Origin: Planctomycetota bacterium
GTDB taxonomy: Bacteria; Planctomycetota; UBA8108; SXIK01
NCBI GenBank assembly: GCA_965223845.1
Contig: CBDCXR010000004.1
Span: forward strand, 544,001-608,000
DNA: 64,000 bases
Direction: 5' to 3'
Program-made: the position numbers and the translations under genes
Shown here: piece after piece, positions 51,454 to 61,335 of the stretch
How positions within the stretch are numbered: position 1 is the first letter of the stretch
Layout: each line of letters begins with the position of its first letter
Notes under the pieces: model-generated
Told to the model about the DNA's origin: nothing
The model's database searches: none
The model's input: the letters and a program-made list of their open reading frames with translations, nothing else

Positions 51454-54066
51454 ATGAACCGTGCAGCTCGACCCCTCAGCCCCTTCCGCTCGCTCGCGCG
51501 ATGCGCGTGCGCAGCCGTGGGGCGCCGGTCGCACGGTCGCACGGGAATCCTGGCGGCGGCGACGCTGCTCGGATGGATTTGTGCGGCCGCATTCGCCTCG
51601 CCCTCGCTCGCGGTCGAGCCTGCTCCCACCGAGAGTCGAGACGATCGCGCCGATCCAGCCGGGGCGGTGGCCGCCAACACGGAGCCACGCGTCCACCCGG
51701 GCGGCGACGGCGACGCGGGGAACCCAGCGCCTCTCGTCATCCAGCCACGCGATCTTTCCGGCGAAGATCGAGAGAAGGCCCGCACCGCGGCGCATCTCCT
51801 TCTCAAGACGATCACCGAAGGAGAAGGTGATCGCACCCGGGAGCGACACAAGACGTTTCTGCAGCTCATCCTGAGCCCGGAGACCCTCGCGAACGGCGAG
51901 ATCCCGTGGCTCTGCACGCAGAGCGTCCTCGAAGAGCTCACTCAGTGGATTCCCCGCGAGGGACTGCCGTACGCGACGCTATCGGCCGATCTCCTCCCGC
52001 TCCTCGGTCGCGGTCCCGATTCGTTTCGAACGGCGTTCGTCGGCGCCGCCGTCGTTCTCATCGCGCACGAAGAGCAGAACAGCGAGGGCGACGCGGGCTC
52101 GACGACGTTCTCTCGTCTGCGCGAGAGCACGGTGCGCCTGCAACTGGCTACAGAGCCAGCTTTCCGCGACGCGGCCGCGATTCTTTGGCTCGCGTCGCCG
52201 CGCGGCGCTCTCGCAACGCTCGTCGAAGCACTCGCCGGGTACAGCGAGCAGGAGAACGGCGACGAGGCGATGATGTGGGTCTGCCTAGACGAGCTCCGCC
52301 AGCGGGTCGCGGTCGATTTCCCGACCTCGGCGGCGTGGCGTGAGTGGTGGGAGCGCGTGCGGACGCTTCCACTCGAGGCGATCTTCATCGATTACCAGAA
52401 AGAGGCCGTCGAGCGACAGGTGGTGACGTGGCGGAAGCTGCTCGGGCGTCTCCGCGAGACGCAGGACGCCGAGCGCGTCCTCCTCGCCATCCAGGACTCG
52501 CTTCTCGAGCTGACGCGTGTCGAAGAACGGCTCGCCGTCGTCGCCGAGCTCGAGCAGTTCGCCGGGTGGCTGCGCGGACTCCCGGCTCCCGTTGCTACCG
52601 CGGAGGAGCGTCAGGAGTTAGCGCTTCGAGCCGCCGAGCAGTTGCTCGGCGTCGTGGAGCGACAGCGCTTCGAGCTCGAGAGTCCGGACGTCGTGCGCTC
52701 AGCGCTCGCGGCGATCGGAGCGTATCAGTCCTCGCTCGAGAAAACGGATCAGTTTGACGATCGCCTCCACGCGATCGTCATCGGCAATCTCCGGGTGCCG
52801 CCGGGCACCGGAAAGGCCGGTGAACGCGCGATCTTCCGCGAGAGCGTCGAGCTCGCGGGCCTCCTTCGGCTCGAAGAGGCACGTCCGTACCTCGAGGCGT
52901 ACCTGCAGAGCGTCGAGTCCGTTTCGGAAGCGAACGACGATCTCCTCAACTCGGCGATCACCGCGTTCGGGCGCCTAGCCCATACCGGAATGCGCGACGA
53001 GATGGCGCGGCTCCTCATCCGCCACGTACAGCGCGACGGCGGCGACACGGCGGTGCGGGACCTGCGGCGAGCGGCGATGACCGCGCTCAGCGGCGCCGTC
53101 GGCAACGAAGAGCTCCGGCCGTTTCTCCTCGAGTTCTACCGGCAGGCGCTCGTCGACCTGCGCGACAAGCCGCTGCGCGTCCGCTCGATCCTCGGGCTCG
53201 GGGCCCTCGCTCAACTCAAGGTGGAAGGCGCGCTCGATTCTCTCGTCGAGCTCCTCCGCGCCGGAGAGCAGTATCCCGTCGAGGAGGTGCTCGCCGCGGT
53301 CGATGCGATCGCCTCCTACATCGCGCCTCCCGATGCGCTCGCGGTTCTCGTGCCCTATTTGACCGCGAAGCGGAAGCAAGTCGGCGATCACGTTCGGGGC
53401 AAGGTCGTCGCATTCATCGAGTCGAGCGGGCTCCCCGCCGCCGCAGAGACGAGCCAGCGACTTGTCACGCTCGGGGGAGAAGATCCTGCGTGCTGGGCTG
53501 CGGCGGGCGTACTGTTCGCGTCGCCTGCGCTCGTCAAGTTGATCGATGCGGCGCAGGCAGACTTCGCGGCTCCGAACGTCGCCCGCGATTGGTGGACGAC
53601 GCGCGCGGGGTTGATCCTCGCGGCCGACATGAGCGGGGATGATCTCGCGCTCGAGACTGGGGTCGCGTTTCTTCGCGACACGCTGCGAAAGTCTCCCGAA
53701 ATTGCCGAGCGTCACCCGGATGCGACGAAGGAGCTCGAGGTGCTCGACGCGTCGCTCGGCCGGCGGCGCGCGCTCGCCGAAGTTTTCGACGGGGCGACGG
53801 CGATCGATCCGGAGCGCCTTGCGAACGACGTGATCGACGCGTTCCGAGCGGAAACCGATCCCACGCGGCGCGCGGGTCAGTTCCTCTGGTTCGAGCGACG
53901 AGTCCGAGCGTTGGCCCCCGAGCGCGCGGCTCCCGTCGCCGGTAAGCTCCAGGGGCCGCTCGCGGCAACACCGGCTCTCTGGGAAGGTGTCGCTCCTCGT
54001 CTCCGCGAGAGACTCCTCGGTTCGCTCGGCGAGCTCGCCGGGAGTCCGAAGGACGGCGAGAACTGA
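51454..54066 (+). CDS. Large secreted alpha-helical (HEAT/ARM-like) hypothetical protein
   Basis: Signal-like segment, long Leu/Ala-rich helical repeats, AWREWWER motif. Start uncertain. Confidence 0.65.
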   Translation: MNRAARPLSPFRSLARCACAAVGRRSHGRTGILAAATLLGWICAAAFASPSLAVEPAPTESRDDRADPAGAVAANTEPRVHPGGDGDAGNPAPLVIQPRDLSGEDREKARTAAHLLLKTITEGEGDRTRERHKTFLQLILSPETLANGEIPWLCTQSVLEELTQWIPREGLPYATLSADLLPLLGRGPDSFRTAFVGAAVVLIAHEEQNSEGDAGSTTFSRLRESTVRLQLATEPAFRDAAAILWLASPRGALATLVEALAGYSEQENGDEAMMWVCLDELRQRVAVDFPTSAAWREWWERVRTLPLEAIFIDYQKEAVERQVVTWRKLLGRLRETQDAERVLLAIQDSLLELTRVEERLAVVAELEQFAGWLRGLPAPVATAEERQELALRAAEQLLGVVERQRFELESPDVVRSALAAIGAYQSSLEKTDQFDDRLHAIVIGNLRVPPGTGKAGERAIFRESVELAGLLRLEEARPYLEAYLQSVESVSEANDDLLNSAITAFGRLAHTGMRDEMARLLIRHVQRDGGDTAVRDLRRAAMTALSGAVGNEELRPFLLEFYRQALVDLRDKPLRVRSILGLGALAQLKVEGALDSLVELLRAGEQYPVEEVLAAVDAIASYIAPPDALAVLVPYLTAKRKQVGDHVRGKVVAFIESSGLPAAAETSQRLVTLGGEDPACWAAAGVLFASPALVKLIDAAQADFAAPNVARDWWTTRAGLILAADMSGDDLALETGVAFLRDTLRKSPEIAERHPDATKELEVLDASLGRRRALAEVFDGATAIDPERLANDVIDAFRAETDPTRRAGQFLWFERRVRALAPERAAPVAGKLQGPLAATPALWEGVAPRLRERLLGSLGELAGSPKDGEN

Positions 54067-54216
54067 TCGACCAGCCCGGATTCATCCGGGTCGCTCGGCG
54101 CCCAGAAACTCCGCGGTGAGCTCTGCGGATTCGACTCGGCGGACCGCGCCGGTGGGCCCGACTCGCGTGGAGCGGACGAGGACGTGTCATCGCGAACGTT
54201 CGGACGAAGTCGGCCC

Positions 54217-54927
54217 TCAGCGGGTCCGATCGCCGCGCCCGCGTCCGTGCCGAAGGTAGAGCGCGCCGATCGTCCAAAGGATCTTCGCGCCCGCGCGGAC
54301 GGTGCCTGAGATCGTGCCCGTGATCTTCGACTTCCCGATTCGCCGGCGGTAGGCCGCCGGTCGATCGACGACGCGCAGATTCTCCTGAAGCGCGCGCACC
54401 TGCATCTCGACGGTCCAGCCGAAATTTCGATCCCGCATGCCGAGCTCTCGGAGGGAGCTCGCGCGAATCGCGCGGAACGGTCCGAGGTCGGTGTACCGGT
54501 GTCCCCAGAGCCAGCGCATCAACGTGCAGGCGAGCTTGTTCCCGTAGTAGGCCTGGGGCGCGAGCGCGCCGGGCTCGCGGGCGCCGAGCGCGCGACTACC
54601 GATGACGAGATCGGCTTCGTCGGCCGCGATCGGCGCGATCAGCGCGGGCAGTTCTTCGGGATGATCGCTGAAGTCGGCGTCGAGAAAAGCCACGCAGTCG
54701 ACGTCCGGCGGGAGCGACGCGATGCCGGCGAGGCACGCCGAACCGTATCCTCGCCGCGGCTCGAGAACGACCCGCGCTCCCGCCCGCGACGCAGCCTCGC
54801 CCGTGCCGTCGTCGCTCGCGTTGTCGACGACGACGATCTCTGCGACAGCGTCCTTCGGAATCGCTTCGATGACTCGTGCGATGGACTCGCGCTCGTTGTA
54901 CGCGGGGATGATGACGACCGTCTTCAT
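54217..54927 (-). CDS. Glycosyltransferase family 2
   Basis: IIPAYNE, VVDNASDDGT, RGYGSAC, FLDAD, TDLGPFRAI. Confidence 0.93.
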   Translation of the reverse strand: MKTVVIIPAYNERESIARVIEAIPKDAVAEIVVVDNASDDGTGEAASRAGARVVLEPRRGYGSACLAGIASLPPDVDCVAFLDADFSDHPEELPALIAPIAADEADLVIGSRALGAREPGALAPQAYYGNKLACTLMRWLWGHRYTDLGPFRAIRASSLRELGMRDRNFGWTVEMQVRALQENLRVVDRPAAYRRRIGKSKITGTISGTVRAGAKILWTIGALYLRHGRGRGDRTR

Positions 54928-54934
54928 CCCGACG

Positions 54935-55810
54935 TCAGCCGGACGTTTCGTCGGCGTCGCCGCGGCTTGTCGCCGGGGGGCGGGCGATGCGGTCGATCGC
55001 GATGAGATCGCGCGCGACCTCCTCGAGGTCGCGGAGGTGGAGACTGCTCGGTCCGTCGCAGAGGGCGGAGTCGGGATCGGGATGCACCTCGAAGAAGTAC
55101 GCGTCCACTCCCGCACCCGCGGCCGCACGTGCGAGCGGCGGGATGAGATCACGGTGACCGCCGCTGCGGCCGCCGAGTTCCGCGGGCTTTTGAACGCTGT
55201 GGCTCGCGTCGTAGACGACCGGGATCCCGGCCCGGCGGATCTCGACGACGGCGCGGAAATCGTTGACGAGATCGCCGTGGCCAAAGGTCGTCCCACGCTC
55301 GGTGAGGACGACACCCGGTGTGCGCGGGCCGGTCGCCGCTCGCACGCGGTCGCCCGCACTCCAAGGCGGCAGAAACTGACCGCGCTTGATGTTGACGAGG
55401 CAGCCGGTTTCACCGGCCGCGCGGAGGAGATCGTTCTGCCGACAGAGGAATGCGGGGACCTGCAGGATATCGAGGACGTCCCCGGCGGCGTGCGCTTCGC
55501 TCACGGTATGAACGTCGGAGGTGACGGGAAGACCGGTTCTCTCCTTGACGAGACGAAGGAGCGCCAGCCCGCGCTCGAGTCCCGGGCCGCGATAGGAATC
55601 GTGACTCGATCGGTTCGCCTTGTCGTACGAGCCCTTGAAGACGAACGGGACGCCGAGGGCATCGCGGAGGCGGCAGAGCTCCGCCGCGATCGCGAGAACG
55701 AGCTCTTCGCTTTCGAGAGAATCGGGGCCTGCGATGAACAGCGGAGGGGCGTCGCCCCCGATTGCGAACGCGCCGCAAGCGATCCGTCGCGTCGTCGGTC
55801 TCGCGCTCAC
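54935..55810 (-). CDS. kdsA: KDO8P synthase
   Basis: FIAGP, KGSYDKANRSS, QVPAFLCRQ, NIKRGQF, ERG..FG, DASHSVQ, FEVHPDP...DG. Confidence 0.95.
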   Translation of the reverse strand: MSARPTTRRIACGAFAIGGDAPPLFIAGPDSLESEELVLAIAAELCRLRDALGVPFVFKGSYDKANRSSHDSYRGPGLERGLALLRLVKERTGLPVTSDVHTVSEAHAAGDVLDILQVPAFLCRQNDLLRAAGETGCLVNIKRGQFLPPWSAGDRVRAATGPRTPGVVLTERGTTFGHGDLVNDFRAVVEIRRAGIPVVYDASHSVQKPAELGGRSGGHRDLIPPLARAAAGAGVDAYFFEVHPDPDSALCDGPSSLHLRDLEEVARDLIAIDRIARPPATSRGDADETSG

Positions 55811-56994
55811 GTTGCCGGACTCTCCTCGAAGGGGCGGCGGAGCTCGTGGAGCCGGCGAGCCGATCGTTCGATCCGCTCAGACTCGACGACGCGCGCCGCC
55901 AGCGATTCCGGGATTCCGTCGCACCCGACGAAGGCTCCGGCGAGCGCGCCGCCGATGACCGCGGCGGTATCCATTTGGCCGCCGAGGCGGATGCATCGGT
56001 CGACGACCGCAGCATAGTCCGTGGGATTACGGAGAAACGCGTAGATTCCGGACAGGAGCGTCGGCACGCAATACGTTCCGAGGCCGTCCTCGCTCGCGGC
56101 GTAGCGTTCGTCGGGGTAGACGTCCTCGAAGTGGCGATAGACGCGAAACTCGGCCATCGAGAGGACGCGCGGGAAGTCGACGATCAACTCGGCCAGGTGG
56201 GCGTCGTAGCTCGCCGCACCGGTGGCCGCCGCGTCGAGAAAGTCCCCGAGGAGGAGCTCGGACACCGAAATCGCGTAGGCGACTGCGGCGCCGAAGGCCG
56301 CGGCGCAGGCTTTGACGCGCCCATCGGTGTGAGTGAGCTCCACGAGCTCGGCGACGCGTTCGGTTCGTGCGTCGCCGTCGGCGTAATTCCAGAGCGCCGC
56401 CGGCAGCGCGCGTCCGATGGGCGAGGCTTCGGCGCGTCCCGCGGCGAGGGGTCGCGGTCGGCGGCGGGCGTCGGCCGCGAGAGCACTCGCCATCGCTTCC
56501 GCGCAGCTCGCGTCGCGCTCGATGAGCTGCTGGTCCTTCCAGAGGGGGAGCAGCTCGTCGAAAGCCACCGCCGCTTCGGGGATCGCGGCCCGGGCACGCT
56601 CTGCGAGGGGGGCCAGCTCCGCACTCTCGATCGTGGCATCGAGCACCGCGAGGATGACCTGGGCATCGTCGCCGAATTGTCCGAGCGGGTGGAACCCGCT
56701 GTGGTGGCGGGCGAACTCACTCGCTGGAGAAGCGGCGAGGCTCGAGAGATAGCTGCGCGTGAAGTAAAGGTGGCCGAGAGCGAGGGCGTCGGCCACGGCG
56801 GCGCCGAGAATCGCGCCAACATACCGGTCCGCGCCCAAGGGATCGCCGTCGCTGACTTCGCTCTCGATCTCGTCGCTATCGACTGCGTCGGCTTCTCGGT
56901 CCCGGTCGGAGAGCTCCCAGCCGTTGCGTTCGCTCGCGTCGTCGCGCGTCGTCGCAGCGGGCTCATCGCGCGGTTTCGATTCGGGATGGACCAT
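55807..56994 (-). CDS. ADP-ribosylglycohydrolase family protein (partly degenerate)
   Basis: GAILGAAVADAL, GQFGDD, LTH, GGQMDTAAVIGGALAGA..G...IP. Start uncertain. Confidence 0.8.
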   Translation of the reverse strand: MVHPESKPRDEPAATTRDDASERNGWELSDRDREADAVDSDEIESEVSDGDPLGADRYVGAILGAAVADALALGHLYFTRSYLSSLAASPASEFARHHSGFHPLGQFGDDAQVILAVLDATIESAELAPLAERARAAIPEAAVAFDELLPLWKDQQLIERDASCAEAMASALAADARRRPRPLAAGRAEASPIGRALPAALWNYADGDARTERVAELVELTHTDGRVKACAAAFGAAVAYAISVSELLLGDFLDAAATGAASYDAHLAELIVDFPRVLSMAEFRVYRHFEDVYPDERYAASEDGLGTYCVPTLLSGIYAFLRNPTDYAAVVDRCIRLGGQMDTAAVIGGALAGAFVGCDGIPESLAARVVESERIERSARRLHELRRPFEESPAT

Positions 56995-57236
56995 CGGCGG
57001 TGGGTGGGGAGGAAGGGCGCGCGGCGGCGTTCTCGAACCGTTCGCGCAGCTTTTTCGGACGCTCAGAATAGCCGTCCCGTCGAGACCTGCCAAGCGAGCG
57101 CGCCCGGATTTGCCCCGCATCGACCGCGATGATAGGTTTCGACAAGAACTCCGCGCCGAGCGGCGCGGTCAACCGACCAACCCGGGGGGCACGGGATCAC
57201 TGGTAGCTCATCTCGATCGCCTCTGAGGACGTAAGC

Positions 57237-57467
57237 ATGGGATCGGACCGGAAGCTCTTCGGCGAGGTTGCCTTCGAAAAGGGGTATGTTACAACGGAGG
57301 GCTTGTACGAGGCTCTAACCGTGCAGGTGAAGGCCCAAGTCGCCGGAAAGCCGTATCGGTTTCTCGGCCAGATCTTGATGGATCTCGGCGAGATGACCGA
57401 GAGTCAGGTTCTGGAAGTCCTCAGTGAGCTTCACACCCCCGAAGCAGTCGTCGCGAGCTCTCACTGA
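57237..57467 (+). CDS. Small stand-alone MshEN-like protein
   Basis: GAGGA RBS. Tandem motifs KLFGEVAFEKGYVT...LYEALTVQ and RFLGQILMDLG.MT..QV.EVL. Confidence 0.6.
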   Translation: MGSDRKLFGEVAFEKGYVTTEGLYEALTVQVKAQVAGKPYRFLGQILMDLGEMTESQVLEVLSELHTPEAVVASSH

Positions 57468-57507
57468 CGTTCCGTTTCGTGACGACTTCCGGTCACGCCG
57501 CGCCGCC

Positions 57508-58188
57508 GTGCCTCGCGCCGTTCGCATCGCGGTTGCCGGCCTGGTCCTCTCCGTCCTCACTGCGTGCTCGACCGCCGCGTACGTCCACTCGGAGTACCGT
57601 TCGTTCGCCATCGACCGGATCGGAGTGGCGCCGGTCGGGAACGACACCGTGTTCGCCCTCGACAGCGTGACGTTCGGTGGCATGCTCCAGCGCGGTCTCC
57701 TGACGCCGCGGGTCTACGATGTGCCGAAGATCCTCGCGGGATCGATTCAGAAGACCCTCCTCGAGAAAAACTACGAGACGATCTCGCTTCCCGGATCTCC
57801 CGGCGAGGGCTGGCGCGTCGCGATCGAACCCGAGCGTGAGAGTCCCGCGGAGAGCGAGAGCGGATCCGTCGCGGCGGATCCCCCTCCGAGCGAGACTCCG
57901 TCCCCGGAGCGGCCGACTCCTCCGGACGTCGATGCGACGATGCACTGCGTCATCGTCGGCTGGAAGGCGCGCACGAGTGGGCAGCCGGAGTTTCGCATCG
58001 AGTTTTCGCTCTCGCTCGACCGCGCGGGTCACCGTATCTACGGCGGAACGTTTCGCGGTCACTACGTGGAACGCGGGCACCGCCGCTCCCACGACAGCGT
58101 TCCGCGCGCCATCCACGCCGCGGTCGAGCGGGCCCTCGCCGCACTCCCCGTCGCCGCGACGGGAGTCGAGGGCGCGGCGGCTCCGTGA
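57508..58188 (+). CDS. Putative lipoprotein
   Basis: Signal with lipobox LTA-C, then IGVAPVGN. Confidence 0.6.
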   Translation: MPRAVRIAVAGLVLSVLTACSTAAYVHSEYRSFAIDRIGVAPVGNDTVFALDSVTFGGMLQRGLLTPRVYDVPKILAGSIQKTLLEKNYETISLPGSPGEGWRVAIEPERESPAESESGSVAADPPPSETPSPERPTPPDVDATMHCVIVGWKARTSGQPEFRIEFSLSLDRAGHRIYGGTFRGHYVERGHRRSHDSVPRAIHAAVERALAALPVAATGVEGAAAP

Positions 58189-58245
58189 CCCGCCCGCCGA
58201 TCGGCTGACGACTCCGCCTCCCGGCACCCCGCGCGCGGATCCTCC

Positions 58246-59286
58246 ATGTCCGATCGAGCTCCGACCGACCGACTCCTCGACCGACTTCGCCTCGTCGGCG
58301 TACCGCTCAGCGCGATCTACGGTCGAGTCGCGGAGTGGCGCCGGCGACGCCTCTCTCGACGGGCGGTGCGTCTCGATCAGCCGGTGATCAGCGTCGGCAA
58401 TCTCACCTGCGGCGGGACGGGAAAGACGCCGACCGTCGAGATGGTCGTCCGCGACCTCGAGAAGCTCGGTCGCCGGCCGGCGATCCTCAGCCGGGGCTAC
58501 GGTGCGCGCTTCGAGCGCGGGAGCAGCGGCGATGCCGGAAACGACGAGTTTCACGTCCTCAAGGCGAATCTTCCGGGGGTCGCGCACTACCAAGGCAAGG
58601 ACCGCGTCGCCGCCGGACGGCGGGCGCTCGAGTGCGGAGCGGACTGCCTCGTTCTCGACGACGGCTTCCAGCACGTTCGGCTAGCGCGCGATCTCGACTT
58701 CGTGCTTCTCGACGCCACGCAGCCGTTCTCGAACGGTCGCGTCCTTCCGGCGGGACTGCTCCGCGAGCCGATCCGCGTCCTCGACGGCGCGGGACTCATC
58801 GGGCTCACGCGTTGCGATCTCGCGGACCCGATCGGGTTCGCGACTCTGCGTAGCTTTCTCACTCGCCGGTTCGGCTCCATTCCCCGCGTCGAGCTCTCGA
58901 CGCGGCCCGTCGCCTGGGAGTCGCTCGACGGGGAATCGGAACCCGTCGAGTCTCTCGCCGGCGCGCGCGTCCTCGTCTTTTCTGCGATCGGCAACCCGAG
59001 CGCCTTCGAGCAGCAGCTCCGCGGACTCGGACTCGACGTCGCTGCCAGCGTTTGTTTCCGCGATCACCACCGCTATACTGACGCGGACGTTCGCGACTTG
59101 GCCCGGCGCGCGCGGGAGCTCGATGTCGATCGGGTGATCGGCACGCAGAAGGACGCCGTGAAGCTCTCCGCGGGCGAGTCGACGAGCGCTTGGCGGTTCC
59201 TCCGCACCGAGCAGACGATCGTCCGCGGCGAAGAGAACTACCGGCGCTCACTCGATCGAGCTCTCGCGCAAAGCGACTCGTCGTGA
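58246..59286 (+). CDS. lpxK: Tetraacyldisaccharide 4'-kinase
   Basis: PVISVGNLTCGGTGKTP, LSRGYG, LDDGFQH, PAG.LRE, AIGNP..F, F.DHH.Y, TQKDAVK. Confidence 0.96.
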   Translation: MSDRAPTDRLLDRLRLVGVPLSAIYGRVAEWRRRRLSRRAVRLDQPVISVGNLTCGGTGKTPTVEMVVRDLEKLGRRPAILSRGYGARFERGSSGDAGNDEFHVLKANLPGVAHYQGKDRVAAGRRALECGADCLVLDDGFQHVRLARDLDFVLLDATQPFSNGRVLPAGLLREPIRVLDGAGLIGLTRCDLADPIGFATLRSFLTRRFGSIPRVELSTRPVAWESLDGESEPVESLAGARVLVFSAIGNPSAFEQQLRGLGLDVAASVCFRDHHRYTDADVRDLARRARELDVDRVIGTQKDAVKLSAGESTSAWRFLRTEQTIVRGEENYRRSLDRALAQSDSS

Positions 59287-59456
59287 GCGGGTTCGGTTCG
59301 GTCCGGCCGTTCGCGCGTCGAGTCTGAGCACGAAGCGAGTCGAGGATCGGGACGTCGATTCCCGGACGCGCGGGTCGAGCTCGGCGGTCTTGACACCACC
59401 CCGCACCCCGGTCGGTCGTTTGGACGGACCCTGACGCCACGAAGTGAGGCTTCTTC

Positions 59457-60959
59457 TTGTCGATCCAGCTCGCTCGTTTTCTCGAGTCCATCGAATCGCC
59501 GCGGATCGCCGTCGTCGGCGACTCGATCCTCGATGAATACATCTGGGGTGAAGTCGAGCGAGTCTCACCCGAGGCGCCGATTCCCGTTCTCCGCGCCTCT
59601 CACCGCGAGCTCCGAGCCGGCGGGGCCGGCAGCGTCGTCGTCAATCTCGCCGAGCTCGGTGTCGACGTGTCTTTCTTCAGCGTCTGTGGGGACGACCCCG
59701 GCGGCGCGAAGCTGAAGACGCTCTTCGCGCGAGACTCCGTGTCCCTCGATGGACTCATCGAGGAGCCGCATCGACCGACGACGGTCAAGTGCCGGCATAT
59801 CGGTTTCGTGCAGAGCGCGAACCGCGCCATGCAACAGCTCCTCCGCGTCGACGACGAGGTGCGGACACCGATCGCGCCGGCGACGATCGAGCGGATGGTC
59901 GAGGCGTTTCGCGCGCAGGCCGGCGCTCTCGACGCGGTGCTCGTCTCGGACTACGACAAGGGACTCCTCAGCGCCGAGTTGATCGAGCGACTCCGCGAGG
60001 CGGCACCACCGGATCTCCCGTTTCTCGTCGACCCATCCGCGCGGCGCGAGTACTCGCTTTACCGCCGGACGAAGCTAATCTGCCCGAACCGATTCGAGGC
60101 GCAGTCGGCGACCGGGATCGCCTGTCGCGACTTCGCTGGTTGTGAGCGGGCCGCCGAGCGACTCGCCGAGGATCTCGAGATCGACGTGGTCGCCCTCACC
60201 ATGGACGCGGACGGCATCCTCGTCTACGAGCGCGGGAAGCGTCACCAGCATTTTCCGACGCGGCAGCGCGTCGTGACCGACGTCACCGGGGCCGGCGACA
60301 TGGTGCTCAGCATCCTCGGTCTGGTGATGGCGGCGGGCGGCGGAATCACCGAAGCGATTCAGCTCGCCAACGTCGCGGCGGGGATCGAGATCCGGCGGCT
60401 CGGTGTGACGCCGCTCACCAGGCGCGAGATCGCGCAGGAGATCCTTCACGAGGGGCGGGCTGGAGCGGCGAAGATTCAGCCGCTCGAGGCGGTGGCCGCC
60501 GCGATTTCGACGGCGCGGGAGCAAGGCCGTCGCATCGTGTTCACGAACGGCTGCTTCGATTTTTTTCACGCCGGCCATCACCACCTTCTCGCCAGCGCGG
60601 CTCGCGAGGGAGACGTTCTCGTAGTAGCAGTGAACAGCGACGCGTCCGTCCGCCGCCTCGCCAAGGGCCCCGGGCGACCGGCGATTCCCGAAGCGGATCG
60701 CATCCTCATGCTCGCCAGTCTCGAATTCGTCGATCATGTTGTTCTGTTCGACGAAGAGACGCCGATTCGACTCCTCGAAGCTCTTCGACCCGACGTGCTC
60801 GTCAAGGGCGAGGAGTACCGCGAGCGGGGTGTGATCGGGGGGGAGTTCGTCGAAGGTTACGGCGGAACGGTGTCGTTTGTTCCCCACCTCCACGGATTTT
60901 CGACGACCGTTCTGCTCGAAGGGCGCGCGGGTGCATCGCCGCCGACCCAAGGTTCGTGA
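59457..60959 (+). CDS. hldE: Bifunctional heptose kinase/adenylyltransferase HldE (RfaE)
   Basis: VGD.ILDEY.WG.VERVSPEAPIPV, SDYDKG, DVTGAGD, FTNGCFD..HAGH, NSDASV, PDVLVKG. Confidence 0.95.
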   Translation: MSIQLARFLESIESPRIAVVGDSILDEYIWGEVERVSPEAPIPVLRASHRELRAGGAGSVVVNLAELGVDVSFFSVCGDDPGGAKLKTLFARDSVSLDGLIEEPHRPTTVKCRHIGFVQSANRAMQQLLRVDDEVRTPIAPATIERMVEAFRAQAGALDAVLVSDYDKGLLSAELIERLREAAPPDLPFLVDPSARREYSLYRRTKLICPNRFEAQSATGIACRDFAGCERAAERLAEDLEIDVVALTMDADGILVYERGKRHQHFPTRQRVVTDVTGAGDMVLSILGLVMAAGGGITEAIQLANVAAGIEIRRLGVTPLTRREIAQEILHEGRAGAAKIQPLEAVAAAISTAREQGRRIVFTNGCFDFFHAGHHHLLASAAREGDVLVVAVNSDASVRRLAKGPGRPAIPEADRILMLASLEFVDHVVLFDEETPIRLLEALRPDVLVKGEEYRERGVIGGEFVEGYGGTVSFVPHLHGFSTTVLLEGRAGASPPTQGS

Positions 60960-61335
60960 CGGAGCGCTCCGGCGGGCCTTGTTCGCTCGCGCCGAAGGGC
61001 GCCGGAGCGCCCGCGTCGTAGTAGAATCTTTTCCGCGACGACGGGTAAACTTGGGGCTGACTAGGGGGCCGTTCTTCAACCGGCCCCTAGCCGCAGAGCT
61101 CGTCGCTCTGAGGATCGGGGCGAGTCTCCGGTCGACCGTCCCTGCCTCCCGCGATCCCGTCGGCGCCCGTGCCCCGGCGCCTCGCGCGCTCTCCCTTTTC
61201 GTTTCGTCTTAGCCAGCTCTCGCGCCGCCAGCCCGGCGACCGCGCGCCCTGCCCGGTCACCGACTCGGTCGAGCCGAACGATCGACCGCGGCCGCGCCGA
61301 CGCCGAATTCCCGCCGATCGAACGAAGGATTCTTC

